A program made the translations under genes and the position numbers. From NCBI GenBank assembly GCA_963664815.2, contig CAXXHB010000003.1, forward strand, positions 2,784,001 to 2,848,000: 64,000 bases of DNA, in the 5' to 3' direction. Shown piece by piece: positions 18,062 to 28,442 of the stretch (position 1 is its first letter; each line of letters starts with the position of its first letter). The notes under the pieces were generated by a model that made no database searches, had not been told where the DNA came from, and was given only the letters and a program-made list of their open reading frames with translations. Origin of the DNA: Spirochaetota bacterium. Its GTDB lineage: Bacteria > Spirochaetota > UBA4802 > UBA5550.

Positions 18062-20854
18062 GTGATGAGTCAGGAGAATATAAGTGAAATAAGATCCCGT
18101 ATCATTGAGATGAAAAAACGTTTCACTGCCTACAACAACTCTAAAATAAACTCTCTTCACTCCTCACTCGGATCTCCTGAACTTATAAATTTCCTTAACT
18201 ATATCCCTTTTCTTTTCACTGTAAACCTGCCGGAGTTCCCCGGTTACCTGCAGGAACTTTCTGCACCGCATGGAGTTGACAATTTTCAGATCTCACCCAG
18301 ACTGATGGCTCAGCTTAAAACCAGCAACCCCTCTTTCTCCGTGCAGAAAACCCCTCAGGATGAACCGCTGATCCGGCTTGTGGCTATTATCGGAAGCGCC
18401 GGAACTATAGCTTTTACACCGGATTCAGATCTCGATTTCTGGATTTGCGGAAAATTCAACCTTCTCGATGCAGAGTCGATGAAACTGCTGCGCCGCAAAT
18501 GCGGTCTAATCGAAAAGTGGGCAATGGATACCTACAAGAAAGAGATTCACTTTTACCTTAACGATACCGACCATATTAAACTGAATATGTTTGACGAAGA
18601 CGAAGAGTACGGGCTTTCAGGGACATCGCTCGGGCAGATGCTGAAAGAGGAGTTCTACAGAAGTTCAATAATAATAAATGACATTGTCCCGTTCTGGTGG
18701 GTGGTTCCGGCAGACTGCAGCGACGGGGACTATAACCTGTGGCTCTCTTCAATCAGTGAAACAGATCTTGAGCGGCAGTTCATTGATCTCGGGAACATTG
18801 CGGATGTCAACAAGGGGGACTTTCTGATCGCTGCGCTTTTCCAGATTATAAAATCCCTGGGTAACCCCTTCAAATCAATCATAAAACTTGGTCTCCTTGA
18901 ACGCTACATTCATGATGACAACAAAAATCCCTTTATAAGCAACCTGATCAAAAAAAATGTTCATGAGGGTAAAACGGACAGGTACAGTGTTGACGCCTAT
19001 TGCCTTATGTTTGACGAGGTTTATGAATATTATCACCGTCTTGTGGATGACATGACAGCACTCAATATTATAAAGACATGCTTTTATCTTAAAGTCAACC
19101 CTCACCTTTCACGAACCGAAAAAAACCCCACAGATGAAGATTCCCGCCAGATAATGACCACATACTCAAAGAAATGGGGCTGGGATGCCGATACTATAAA
19201 GCATGTTGATAATTTCGAAAACTGGGATATTGAATCAACCAACAGAATGATGAACAATACCAAGCGGGTTATCCTCAAGGGATATAAAGATATCATATCC
19301 GTACTCGGTTCTGAGGTCGATGAAGATTCAATCGACAGGGAATCCCTGCTTGCAATCAACAGAAAAATATATTCACACTTTAATCCGGAAGACAGTAAAA
19401 TCGACAATACACTTAATTTCAAAAAGTATCCCCCGGAGAAACTTCTCTCTCTCAATTATGTGCGCGATGTCAAAGGTAACGAATCGTGGTATCTTAATAA
19501 GCGCGTTATAATAAATGAAAAAGCGGTTAAAGTTCTCATAAGAAAAAGCCCGTATCTTATTTCGCTCCTGGCATGGATAAGCCTTAACGGTCTTTACCAG
19601 AAAGATTATTCAAGGCTTGAAATTGAACAGGGTTTCTATCATATGGATACAAACTACATAAGGGACCTTATATCAGAACTTTCATCCGAATTCTCAATTA
19701 AAAGCCTCAATCTTCAGAACAGTTTCTTTCTCCGTGATTCATTCCCGGTGATGAGCTATGTAATAATTAATCCCTTTCTGAAGTATTCAAAAAAAGTCGA
19801 TGAATTCTTTTTTCTCTATCATAACAGCTGGGGAGAAACCCGCTTCGAGTCTTTCCGCAACGATAATGACCTCGCGGCTGTTGTGACGCGTATAATAAAC
19901 GGCGCGCTAATTACAGGGATGCACGATTCAAGCGCCCTGCATATTACCGCCTCTGAACCTTACAGTAATTCACGGGAATTTATTAAACTTAAATCCACCC
20001 TCAGAAAGATACTTCAGTTCTTTACTGAAAATAAAACCCCTGTAAAACAGCGGTTCATCACAATGATCGCCAACAGATATACCATATTCTCCAACACAGT
20101 GAGACGCGACGGAAATTCATCCGTATCATTTTCACAGTACAGTTCAGAATACCAGATGCTCTATACAATCTCATATAACCGCGGCGTGGAGAACCGGAAC
20201 CGTGTTGATGACAATATAGCCGGTCTTGAGTATCTTTCAAAAATTATGGAGTATGACTCTGATGATTCGGTGAAGATCTTTATTAACGAGGGGCGCAGGT
20301 ACTCCCGTTTTATTGTATTGAACGAGCGTGGTTCGCTGATGATGTTCAGGAAAAAGAGCGAATTCCACAATCAATACCTCGCAGGGCTCATTTCATTCGC
20401 TGAAAGCACAATAAGTCATATTATTCTCTCAAATCCCGGTTCAAACCTTGCACAAAACGGCGGTCTTATTAAAACTTATGTATTCGAAACAGACAACACC
20501 GGCCGGACCGAATTTACAGAATTCGAATACAGGAATCATGTAATTATCAACCAGTTCCGTGAAAAGCTGTTCCCTTCGTGTCTGTCGCTGCATCTCCTTG
20601 ACAGCGGTGAAGTCGGATATCGATTCACTCTTCCGGACGGGGGATTTTCGGAAATATTCAGCCGGAAGGATATAGAGAGTGTCAGCCGCGAAATATCATC
20701 CCTGATGGACAGCGTTGAGGGATACAGCTTTTTCCCGTCAACCGTAAACCTTGAAAACTCCGAGATCAGAATGTACAGCCAATACACATCCTTTGCTTTT
20801 TCTGAAAAAAACAGGTTTGAACTTCTTATAGAAAAGAACCTCGGATTGATATAA
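18062..20854 (+). CDS. cyaA: Class I adenylate cyclase
   Basis: GSAGTIAFTPDSDLDFWI nucleotidyltransferase motif, LKEEFYRS, PFWW, KSLGNPFKSIIKLGLLE; 930 aa. Confidence 0.85.
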   Translation: MMSQENISEIRSRIIEMKKRFTAYNNSKINSLHSSLGSPELINFLNYIPFLFTVNLPEFPGYLQELSAPHGVDNFQISPRLMAQLKTSNPSFSVQKTPQDEPLIRLVAIIGSAGTIAFTPDSDLDFWICGKFNLLDAESMKLLRRKCGLIEKWAMDTYKKEIHFYLNDTDHIKLNMFDEDEEYGLSGTSLGQMLKEEFYRSSIIINDIVPFWWVVPADCSDGDYNLWLSSISETDLERQFIDLGNIADVNKGDFLIAALFQIIKSLGNPFKSIIKLGLLERYIHDDNKNPFISNLIKKNVHEGKTDRYSVDAYCLMFDEVYEYYHRLVDDMTALNIIKTCFYLKVNPHLSRTEKNPTDEDSRQIMTTYSKKWGWDADTIKHVDNFENWDIESTNRMMNNTKRVILKGYKDIISVLGSEVDEDSIDRESLLAINRKIYSHFNPEDSKIDNTLNFKKYPPEKLLSLNYVRDVKGNESWYLNKRVIINEKAVKVLIRKSPYLISLLAWISLNGLYQKDYSRLEIEQGFYHMDTNYIRDLISELSSEFSIKSLNLQNSFFLRDSFPVMSYVIINPFLKYSKKVDEFFFLYHNSWGETRFESFRNDNDLAAVVTRIINGALITGMHDSSALHITASEPYSNSREFIKLKSTLRKILQFFTENKTPVKQRFITMIANRYTIFSNTVRRDGNSSVSFSQYSSEYQMLYTISYNRGVENRNRVDDNIAGLEYLSKIMEYDSDDSVKIFINEGRRYSRFIVLNERGSLMMFRKKSEFHNQYLAGLISFAESTISHIILSNPGSNLAQNGGLIKTYVFETDNTGRTEFTEFEYRNHVIINQFREKLFPSCLSLHLLDSGEVGYRFTLPDGGFSEIFSRKDIESVSREISSLMDSVEGYSFFPSTVNLENSEIRMYSQYTSFAFSEKNRFELLIEKNLGLI

Positions 20855-20894
20855 GCCATATCATTCCGCATATTCTTTAAGCTCTGTTCAGCTG

Positions 20895-21377
20895 TTATTC
20901 CTCATCAACGAATATGAGTGTTGTTCCGTTATCGTCTTCGATCTCTATCTGGTTTATTTTTTTTGCGGCATCTTTCTGAACATCAGTATTAATCACCTCA
21001 TTTCTTACCGCATTTTTACGGATTTTATCAGGTTTATGCAGCGGAAAATATTTATGGTAAAAATCTTCACTGCTCATTATGGTAAACAGTTTGTCAAAAG
21101 TCCCCATCCTGAAAATCTGGTGTATATTTTCATTCATATTAATAAGTACAAAATCTTTTCCGTTTTCAGTAAAAGACCGCGACATCTTAATAATGCGGCT
21201 TATTCCGAATGAATCAAGCGACGGCATGTTTAATAAATCCAGGGCAATCACCTTAAGAGTGGAGTTCATGTACTTTTTATAGGCATTCTCAAATGTATCA
21301 ACTGTAGTAAAAGAGATATCACCCTCAATACTGATAATGACACCATCCTCTTTTTCCAGAATATCAATTTTCATCAT
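20895..21377 (-). CDS. STAS-domain anti-sigma-factor antagonist
   Basis: 'ISIEGDISF', 'LDL..MPSLDSFG', 'IHQIFRMGTFDKLF'. Confidence 0.88.
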   Translation of the reverse strand: MMKIDILEKEDGVIISIEGDISFTTVDTFENAYKKYMNSTLKVIALDLLNMPSLDSFGISRIIKMSRSFTENGKDFVLINMNENIHQIFRMGTFDKLFTIMSSEDFYHKYFPLHKPDKIRKNAVRNEVINTDVQKDAAKKINQIEIEDDNGTTLIFVDEE

Positions 21378-21727
21378 AAAACTTAACCCTCTTCTTAAAC
21401 CGAAATTAACACTAATATAAAATTTTTATTTATGCAACAATTTATTTAAAGCTCATTTAAAAAATGTGAGAAAAAATTTTTAAGCTCAGATAAATATTCA
21501 TGTATAGATCATTACAGTATGTTTTGTTAATATAATTTTAACGATATCTCCAGTTACAAATATCCGCACTGAAACATGGGACAAACACAGACATCATTGA
21601 CATCATTGACATCAAAGTATTAGCCCGGTCATGCTGAAATTATTCTGCAAATAAACATTTCAAAGTGCGATATTTATAATACAGCAGACTCAGCGTCAAC
21701 CAGTATTTGTATAATATTACATCCCGG

Positions 21728-22849
21728 TTAAACAGCTATCCCGGCAAGAGCCATCTCCACTTCGCCTTTAACCATATCAGAATCATCACTGACAGACTGC
21801 AGTACTGTTTCTGCATCTGTGCCCCCCAGTTTCCCGAGACTCCATGCAGCCATGCTTCTGACCCGTTCATCCTCCTCTTCTCTTAATGCCCGCGCCAGAT
21901 GCGGGATATACTCTCTGTTAAGAGAATTACCCATTGCCCTGGCTGTATTCATTTTCCATTTCCACAGAAACTCATATGACATATAGAACATTTTAGGCCA
22001 GATCAGCTTTTCGAAATAGTCCCTGTCCATGCTCAGCAGTTTTTCAGGAGAAAATGTTTCAGACATATCGATTAAATCTTCATCAACCGGCATCCGCACG
22101 GCAAGACGCGGCTGATTCCTGGGACATACGTTCTGACACCTGTCACAGCCATAGATATACATCCCCATAGGTTCGCGGAGTTCGGGGGGAGTCAACTCTC
22201 CGCCGTGATAGGTCAGGTAGGAGATACATCTCTGTGAATCTATCCTGCCGTTCCCTGCAAGAGCTTTTGTAGGACATGCAGCAATACAGGCATTTCTGCA
22301 CCACGAAGGACAATCTGTCTTTATGCTCGGAGTATCAGGATCAAACTCTGCATCAATAAGGATTACAACAGGAAAAACAAACGAGCTTCCGGATGCACCC
22401 CTTGACGCATACAGCAGGCAGTTTTTACCGAACGTACCGATACCTGCACGTGCTGCAGCCAGTTTATCCGGCATGCTTGCAGATTGTTTTGAGTTTATAC
22501 CGTTTTCTTTTAAATAATTCCTGAATTCCTTTATTTTCAGTGAAAGCCCGTCTTTTGTCATCCTGTCATCATTAAGATAGCATCTCCCGAAATTACCCGT
22601 TAATGAAACCGGTATGGTTTTCCGGAAATAATTATGCAGAAGAACAATAATGCTTCTACTACCCTCCATTACGGACGAGGGATACACCCCTTTCATAAGA
22701 GAGAGTCCCGTTCTCTCAGTCCACCCGTAATGCGCATCCGGATTATTAAGAAATTCCAGCTGCGAGATAAAAGGTTCCACACCGGTAAATCCGATATCTT
22801 CAAAACCAAGCTCTCCGGCCTTGTCTTTTATATTCTTTTTTGTAATCAT
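21728..22849 (-). CDS. queG: Epoxyqueuosine reductase-like 2x[4Fe-4S] protein with C-terminal HEAT repeat
   Basis: 'AGELGFEDIG', 'AARAGIGTFGKN', C..C..CP, 'YGCDRCQNVCPRN'; start moved to MITKK (AAGGAG RBS). Confidence 0.8.
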   Translation of the reverse strand: MITKKNIKDKAGELGFEDIGFTGVEPFISQLEFLNNPDAHYGWTERTGLSLMKGVYPSSVMEGSRSIIVLLHNYFRKTIPVSLTGNFGRCYLNDDRMTKDGLSLKIKEFRNYLKENGINSKQSASMPDKLAAARAGIGTFGKNCLLYASRGASGSSFVFPVVILIDAEFDPDTPSIKTDCPSWCRNACIAACPTKALAGNGRIDSQRCISYLTYHGGELTPPELREPMGMYIYGCDRCQNVCPRNQPRLAVRMPVDEDLIDMSETFSPEKLLSMDRDYFEKLIWPKMFYMSYEFLWKWKMNTARAMGNSLNREYIPHLARALREEEDERVRSMAAWSLGKLGGTDAETVLQSVSDDSDMVKGEVEMALAGIAV

Positions 22850-23136
22850 ATTCCGCTCCTTTCTGCATTGCCATAGTCCCTGACGTTTAAAGCATGTAAT
22901 AACCGGTCGGGAGATCCATTTTAATCCGGAAAGAATAAAAAAGCCAGCTGCATTTAAAAAATACCTCCGGTTACGATACATGCATATGTTGTCAATTTAT
23001 TCAATATGAAGACAATATATTTAAAAAAAATCATTCTTAATGTGGAAAGTGCTCATGATACTGATTATCTCTATATTAAATCCGGATAAACAATTCACTA
23101 TTAAATTGTTTATTAATTACACAGCTTTTACGCGGC

Positions 23137-23193
23137 ATTGGAGGTTATTGAAGATTATTGGAGGTTATTGAGGAAATTGAAGAAATTGAAGAA
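23137..23193 (+). repeat. Degenerate 9-10 bp tandem repeat
   Basis: ATTGGAGGTT ATTGAAGATT ATTGGAGGTT ATTGAGGAA ATTGAAGAA ATTGAAGAA. Confidence 0.75.
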
Positions 23194-23387
23194 AAAAGCT
23201 CTATGGAATTTAATTATATAGGATAAAAAGGTTTATTTTTATATATTTTAATTAATTTTAATTGATTAAAAATATATAATATATTTATTATACCTTATAA
23301 AATTATGATATTCGTAGAAAATACAAAGCCAGGGATATCTATTAAAAGAGTTAACAAGTGTTAATAATTAATTTTTGGAGGTTTTCA

Positions 23388-24659
23388 ATGAAAAAAGTTT
23401 CAATATTATTATCTTTGTTTATATTTACAGCATTTATTTTTATATCAGGTGCTGCAATATCACAGGAAAAGGCAGTAACAGAGGAAAATGGTGCAGCCAC
23501 TACAGATAATAAAGCTGCTGCAACTACAGATGATAAAGCAGCTGCGGTTAAAGATGAAAAAGCTGCCACGACTACAGATGATAAGGCTGCTGCAACTAAA
23601 GATGAAAAGGCTGCTGCAACTAAAGACGATAAAGCTGCCGCCACTAAAGATGATAAAGCTGCAGCAACTGCTGATAATCAGAATACAGCAGAACATCTCA
23701 CAAAAGAAGATACAGCTGCAGAACATGCTGAAAAGGTTTATGAGAAAGAGGATGTTCAGCTGCTAAAAGGTCAGCCAAAAACTTTTACAGATGGTTTCAA
23801 CACATATGTGAATGACAAAGTACGTTTTGAACTCTTCAACCTTGACAATGTTATGAAAGATCAGGTATTTTACAAAGTTGACGGGAAAGAAGAACAGAAA
23901 TACACGGAACCCTTCACCTTAAGTGATGAAGGAAATCATGTAATTTACTATTACAGCGTAGATAAAATGGGGAACAAGGAGTCCATGAAAAGCATTAATG
24001 TAATACTTGATAAAACTCCCCCTGAAACACTTGTAACAATAACAGCGCCCTTTGCAAAAAACAATGGGAATATCTATGCAGCTGAAACCTTCACCTACAA
24101 TTACATAATATCTTCAAAAGATAATATTGCCGGTGTAGCCGGGGTTACATATGCAGTAAAAGGTGAAGAACATAAGCAGTATGTTAAACCTTTTAACCTT
24201 AACTCAATTGCGCCGGTTGTACTGGAAGTTACTTCAGAAGATAAAGTCGGAAATATTACAAAAAAATATTCCACCAAAGTCGTTGATGAAAACGGTGCAA
24301 CTTTAACTGAAAGCATTGAAGATGTCAAGATAACCGTGGATAAAACAGCTCCTGTTGTTGAAATAAAAGCTGACAAACCTTTTTTCATGAAAGAAAAACT
24401 GAATGTTGCTTCAAAAGACTTTAAATACACTGTTACAGCTACTGATACTGAATCCGGATTAAAGGCAATTTACTATAGAATTGATAACAGCAGTGATTTT
24501 ATTCTATATACCGGAGAACTTCAGTTTAATACAAACGGTATGCATAAGATCGAAGCAATAGCCAGAGATGGTGTTGGTAACACAAGCAAAGCCGTAACAC
24601 TTGATATTTTTGTTGATATAATCCCGGCTGATACTAATATTAAACTTATTACTGAATAA
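23388..24659 (+). CDS. Exported protein with three OmpL47-type Ig-like repeats and an N-terminal AAATKDDK repeat tract
   Basis: 'YYYSVDKMGNKE..DKTPP' repeated three times; start moved to MKKVS (GGAGG RBS). Confidence 0.8.
   Translation: MKKVSILLSLFIFTAFIFISGAAISQEKAVTEENGAATTDNKAAATTDDKAAAVKDEKAATTTDDKAAATKDEKAAATKDDKAAATKDDKAAATADNQNTAEHLTKEDTAAEHAEKVYEKEDVQLLKGQPKTFTDGFNTYVNDKVRFELFNLDNVMKDQVFYKVDGKEEQKYTEPFTLSDEGNHVIYYYSVDKMGNKESMKSINVILDKTPPETLVTITAPFAKNNGNIYAAETFTYNYIISSKDNIAGVAGVTYAVKGEEHKQYVKPFNLNSIAPVVLEVTSEDKVGNITKKYSTKVVDENGATLTESIEDVKITVDKTAPVVEIKADKPFFMKEKLNVASKDFKYTVTATDTESGLKAIYYRIDNSSDFILYTGELQFNTNGMHKIEAIARDGVGNTSKAVTLDIFVDIIPADTNIKLITE
23490..23681 (+). repeat. In-frame 24-bp tandem repeat, 8 copies
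   Basis: Encodes (AAAT[TK]D[DE]K)-like units. Confidence 0.9.
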
Positions 24660-24665
24660 TCGATT

Positions 24666-24704
24666 AAGTCCGGACGGCATGTACAATTACTGCTGTCCGG
24701 ATTT
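24666..24704 (+). terminator. Hairpin after the Ig-like gene
   Basis: AAGTCCGGACGGCA/TGCTGTCCGGATTT 14-bp stem with G-U pairs. Confidence 0.55.
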
Positions 24705-24771
24705 ACAGAATAACAACAAAACAGCAGGTTGATTAATCAGCAGGATTAATCCTGTTAACAGGAGGTCATCA

Positions 24772-25350
24772 ATGAAGAAAAAAAATTATATTATACTCAC
24801 ATTCGCAGCAGTGCTGTCGTTGATCTTTGCTTCATGCGAATCAACACAAAAAAAAGAGGAGCCAACCCCGATTGTAAAAGCATATGGTACAGGGACAAAT
24901 TGTATTGAGGGTGACTGCCTTACCGGAAAGGGAAAAGTGAAATTTTCCAACGGCGAAGAATACACAGGAGATTTCAATACAAGCAAAGTAACAGGGTCCG
25001 GTGTTATGGTATGGCCCAACGGCGCGAAATATGAAGGCGCTTATGTCGATAACAAGCGTGACGGGAAAGGAACATATACATACAGCAATGGAGATTCCTT
25101 CTCCGGCGATTTCAAGGACAACAGTAAAACCGGAACCGGCGAATACAAATGGAAAGACGGGGACAGTTATAACGGCGAATGGAAAGATGGTAAACCCAAT
25201 GGTAAGGGTCTCTATAAATGGGCCAATGGAGTAACCTATTCCGGCGAGTGGAAAGACGGTAAACTGAACGGTAAAGGCACAATCACATGGCCAGATACGG
25301 CTAAGGTTTCCGGTATTTTTCAGGATAACAAGCTTATAAGCGAACAATAG
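24772..25350 (+). CDS. MORN-repeat lipoprotein
   Basis: FASC lipobox; 'CIEGDC..G.G' then 23-aa YxGxWKDG..GKG repeats. Confidence 0.92.
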   Translation: MKKKNYIILTFAAVLSLIFASCESTQKKEEPTPIVKAYGTGTNCIEGDCLTGKGKVKFSNGEEYTGDFNTSKVTGSGVMVWPNGAKYEGAYVDNKRDGKGTYTYSNGDSFSGDFKDNSKTGTGEYKWKDGDSYNGEWKDGKPNGKGLYKWANGVTYSGEWKDGKLNGKGTITWPDTAKVSGIFQDNKLISEQ

Positions 25351-25375
25351 TTACATTTTGCAATATAAGATGAAT

Positions 25376-25417
25376 TATAAAAAACCCTCATTACACATTA
25401 CATGAGGGTTTTTTATA
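25376..25417. terminator. Bidirectional intrinsic terminator
   Basis: Perfect 16-bp IR TATAAAAAACCCTCAT/ATGAGGGTTTTTTATA. Confidence 0.8.
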
Positions 25418-26474
25418 CCCATTTTTTCTTTTTAAAATAAACAAACATAATTATTACAACTGAAAGCATCAATCCGAGTATATAATAATATCCGTTGTAC
25501 CATTCAGTTTCCGGCATACGCTTAAAATTCATTCCGTAAACACCTGCAATAAATGTCAGCGGAATAAATATTGTCGATATAAGCGTAAGCACCTTCATTA
25601 TTTCATTCATTCTTTTGCTGGTACTCGAAAGGTATATATCAAGAAGCCCGGACATAAAGTCTCTGTATGCATCAATCGTATCAATTACCTCCACGGTATG
25701 ATCATAGGCGTCTCTCAGATTAAAAACAATTGAATCCTGAATAAATTCGTTATCCGGACGAATCATTAAGCCAAGAACATCCCTTAGAGGCCAGACACAT
25801 TTTTTTATCATAAGCGTGTCTCTTTTTAATTCATGAATCTTTAATAATGTTTTATCCCCCGGGAAATTAAGAACCTCATCCTCAATTTTCTCTATTCTCT
25901 CACCGATTTTTTCAAGAACAATAAAATAGTTGTCGGCTATGTAGTCTATAAGAGAATAAACGAGATAATCAGGTCCCATTTTTCTTATTTTCCCCTTTTT
26001 TCTTATCCGGTCACGGAGTGGTTCAAAATCATCACCCTGTTTTTCCTGAAAAGAGAAAACAATTTTTGAATTAAAAACAATACTTACCTGTTCAGTCTCT
26101 ATCTCACCTGTTTTGCTGTTGTTTGTCAGCATCTTAAGGACAATATATATATAGTTATCATAATCTTCAATCTTTGCACGCTGATTTGAATTAACTATAT
26201 CTTCAAGAATAAGCGGATCAATGCCGTAATGAGATCCGATCTGTTCAATCATCTTTACATCATGAATACCGTCAAAATTAATCCATTCTACATCTAAATC
26301 GTTCTTGGTCGTAAAAAGCCTGTCTAAAGTTACATTCCGCTCTTCAGCATAACTTGTTTCATCATAGCAGCATCTTGTTATTACAACATCTGCAGTAATA
26401 TCCCTGCCGATATGAATCAATGTCCCCGGAGGCGCGCCGCTTTTTTTACCTCTTCTGCTTACATGAATTTTCAT
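25413..26474 (-). CDS. corA: Mg/Co transporter CorA
   Basis: YGMNF signature, MPE, 'GAPPGTL'. Confidence 0.96.
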   Translation of the reverse strand: MKIHVSRRGKKSGAPPGTLIHIGRDITADVVITRCCYDETSYAEERNVTLDRLFTTKNDLDVEWINFDGIHDVKMIEQIGSHYGIDPLILEDIVNSNQRAKIEDYDNYIYIVLKMLTNNSKTGEIETEQVSIVFNSKIVFSFQEKQGDDFEPLRDRIRKKGKIRKMGPDYLVYSLIDYIADNYFIVLEKIGERIEKIEDEVLNFPGDKTLLKIHELKRDTLMIKKCVWPLRDVLGLMIRPDNEFIQDSIVFNLRDAYDHTVEVIDTIDAYRDFMSGLLDIYLSSTSKRMNEIMKVLTLISTIFIPLTFIAGVYGMNFKRMPETEWYNGYYYILGLMLSVVIIMFVYFKKKKWV

Positions 26475-26505
26475 GATTCACCCTCTGAAATAAAAATAAA
26501 CTACA

Positions 26506-26925
26506 CTATTTATGATAGGCAACCCCTTCGCCGCTGGCAATAATTTTATCATCGCTGCCTCTGGCTTCAACTTTCCATACGCTGATCTTCTTCCCGATAT
26601 TCACCGGAGTAGCCTCCGCAAAAATCTTCTCGCCATCAACCGCAGCTGCTATGAAATTAACTGTAAAATTCAGCGAAACGGCAATGTTCCCTGTTGAATT
26701 TGATGCTACAGCGAATGCCTGATCCATTATAGCATATATAATCGCTCCATGTGCTCTCTCAACTGCATTTAAAAATTCAGGTTTTATAGTGACCGAACAT
26801 TTGGCATATCCATTTGTCACTTCTTCGGCTTCAATACCAAGAAAACTTGCCATGGGATCTTTTGCTACAACATCCCTTGCATAACGTACAGGGTCATTTA
26901 TATACTTTTCCATCTGTCTCTCCAT
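26506..26925 (-). CDS. PaaI-family hotdog thioesterase
   Basis: 'LN...AHGAIIYAIMD.AFAVASNS'. Confidence 0.9.
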   Translation of the reverse strand: MERQMEKYINDPVRYARDVVAKDPMASFLGIEAEEVTNGYAKCSVTIKPEFLNAVERAHGAIIYAIMDQAFAVASNSTGNIAVSLNFTVNFIAAAVDGEKIFAEATPVNIGKKISVWKVEARGSDDKIIASGEGVAYHK

Positions 26926-28221
26926 TTATTTTTTCAGCGGCGGATTATAATACCCGAGTCTGAGATCCGGATACTTTTCCCTCAGCATTTTAACAAGATT
27001 TTTTATTCCAATTGAATCCTCATCTGCAAAACCGGTTTTATCAAAATAATAATCCGGATCAATATTCATATTCCGGGTCTGTATCATTGAAACCGGATAT
27101 TTTTCAAGAAACCTGACAAGGCTTTCAACCTCTCCCAGGGAATCGGTAAATCCCGGCATAAAAAAAAGGTTTATTGATACAAATATATTATTTTCAAGTG
27201 AAGTTTCAATTGTTTTCATAACATCACTAAATCCATAATTAACCGGACGATGATATGCAGTATAATATTTTTCAGTTGGCGAACTTAAGCTTACCCTTAT
27301 TGAATCAAGACCTGAAGAGATAAGATCCTTAACGATATCAGGTCTTGAACCGTTTGTATTCAGGTTAATTGTACCCCGTCCGGTTTTGTTCCTTGCCATT
27401 TTAATTGCTTCTGCGAGATCATTGCCCCTGAGTAAAGGTTCACCTTCACATCCCTGCCCGAAACTTGCGACTCCATACTCCACCCTCTCAAGATGATGAG
27501 CAATAACCTGTGATATCTCAGAAGCATCGGGGGCAAAATCAAGCCTGAACTGCGACTGGCAGAAACCGGATTCCTCCTCCTGAAATGAAAGGCATCCCAG
27601 ACAATCGGCATTGCACGCCGGACTTGTGGGCACAGGGCATTCATATCTCCCCATAAAAAAGTTCCTTGCACACAGGCAGTTATATTCCGTGGAGCATATG
27701 CTCAGCTGGTTAACAAGTCTGTTTTCAGGAAACATTTCCCTGGTTTTCTTTATCCCGCGTTTAAGACCCTTATGATCCTCATGAAGCAGCGGATCAGACC
27801 TTGGATCCTCATCAATTCTCAATGCCGGGACATAGAATTCATCTTTATAAAGAACAACTCCGCAATAAGCCCACAGTGGAAGAGTAACTGATCTGTTTTT
27901 CCTTTCATATGCCGGAAGTTTTGTCCGCAGGTAACCTGAAGCGAGAAATGCCGAAACTGCATTAATGGGACCACCATCAGGAGTTTCCTTTATGCACCTG
28001 AAACCGTTACCGGTTGATGACACAGGAAACCTGTCCGGAAGAGTAAACATATAGCTTCCATAGGGGAGTTTAATAAGTTCATCCACATCAGCATCCATGA
28101 ACCTGTAACCGGACCTGAACGCGCCGGCAGCATCCGGATAATCATATATATTACCCTGCTTTTCATCCCCTTCCATTTCTGAAAAAAGCATAATGCATTT
28201 CTCATTTTCACCATGCTTCAT
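26926..28221 (-). CDS. Radical SAM protein of unknown function
   Basis: CNADCLGC motif; SFGQGCEGEPL; NLNTNGS. Confidence 0.9.
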   Translation of the reverse strand: MKHGENEKCIMLFSEMEGDEKQGNIYDYPDAAGAFRSGYRFMDADVDELIKLPYGSYMFTLPDRFPVSSTGNGFRCIKETPDGGPINAVSAFLASGYLRTKLPAYERKNRSVTLPLWAYCGVVLYKDEFYVPALRIDEDPRSDPLLHEDHKGLKRGIKKTREMFPENRLVNQLSICSTEYNCLCARNFFMGRYECPVPTSPACNADCLGCLSFQEEESGFCQSQFRLDFAPDASEISQVIAHHLERVEYGVASFGQGCEGEPLLRGNDLAEAIKMARNKTGRGTINLNTNGSRPDIVKDLISSGLDSIRVSLSSPTEKYYTAYHRPVNYGFSDVMKTIETSLENNIFVSINLFFMPGFTDSLGEVESLVRFLEKYPVSMIQTRNMNIDPDYYFDKTGFADEDSIGIKNLVKMLREKYPDLRLGYYNPPLKK

Positions 28222-28442
28222 TTTTGATTTCCTTTACAGATTCTGTATTCAATATGCTTTATCATAAGTGACAGATGCTTCTGTTCTTTTTTTAATCTTT
28301 TATACGCTGTATTATGCCTTATTTCAGCAATAGTATAATCTTTTCCAGTCATAATTTTTTTCAACTCAAGCCGCCTTAACCTGACTTCACGCCACCTGCT
28401 GCGGAGTTTATCCCTTTCCGGCACATAACATTCAGGTTTCAT
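28218..28442 (-). CDS. Small basic helical hypothetical protein
   Basis: ATGA overlaps with both neighbouring genes. Confidence 0.7.
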   Translation of the reverse strand: MKPECYVPERDKLRSRWREVRLRRLELKKIMTGKDYTIAEIRHNTAYKRLKKEQKHLSLMIKHIEYRICKGNQK

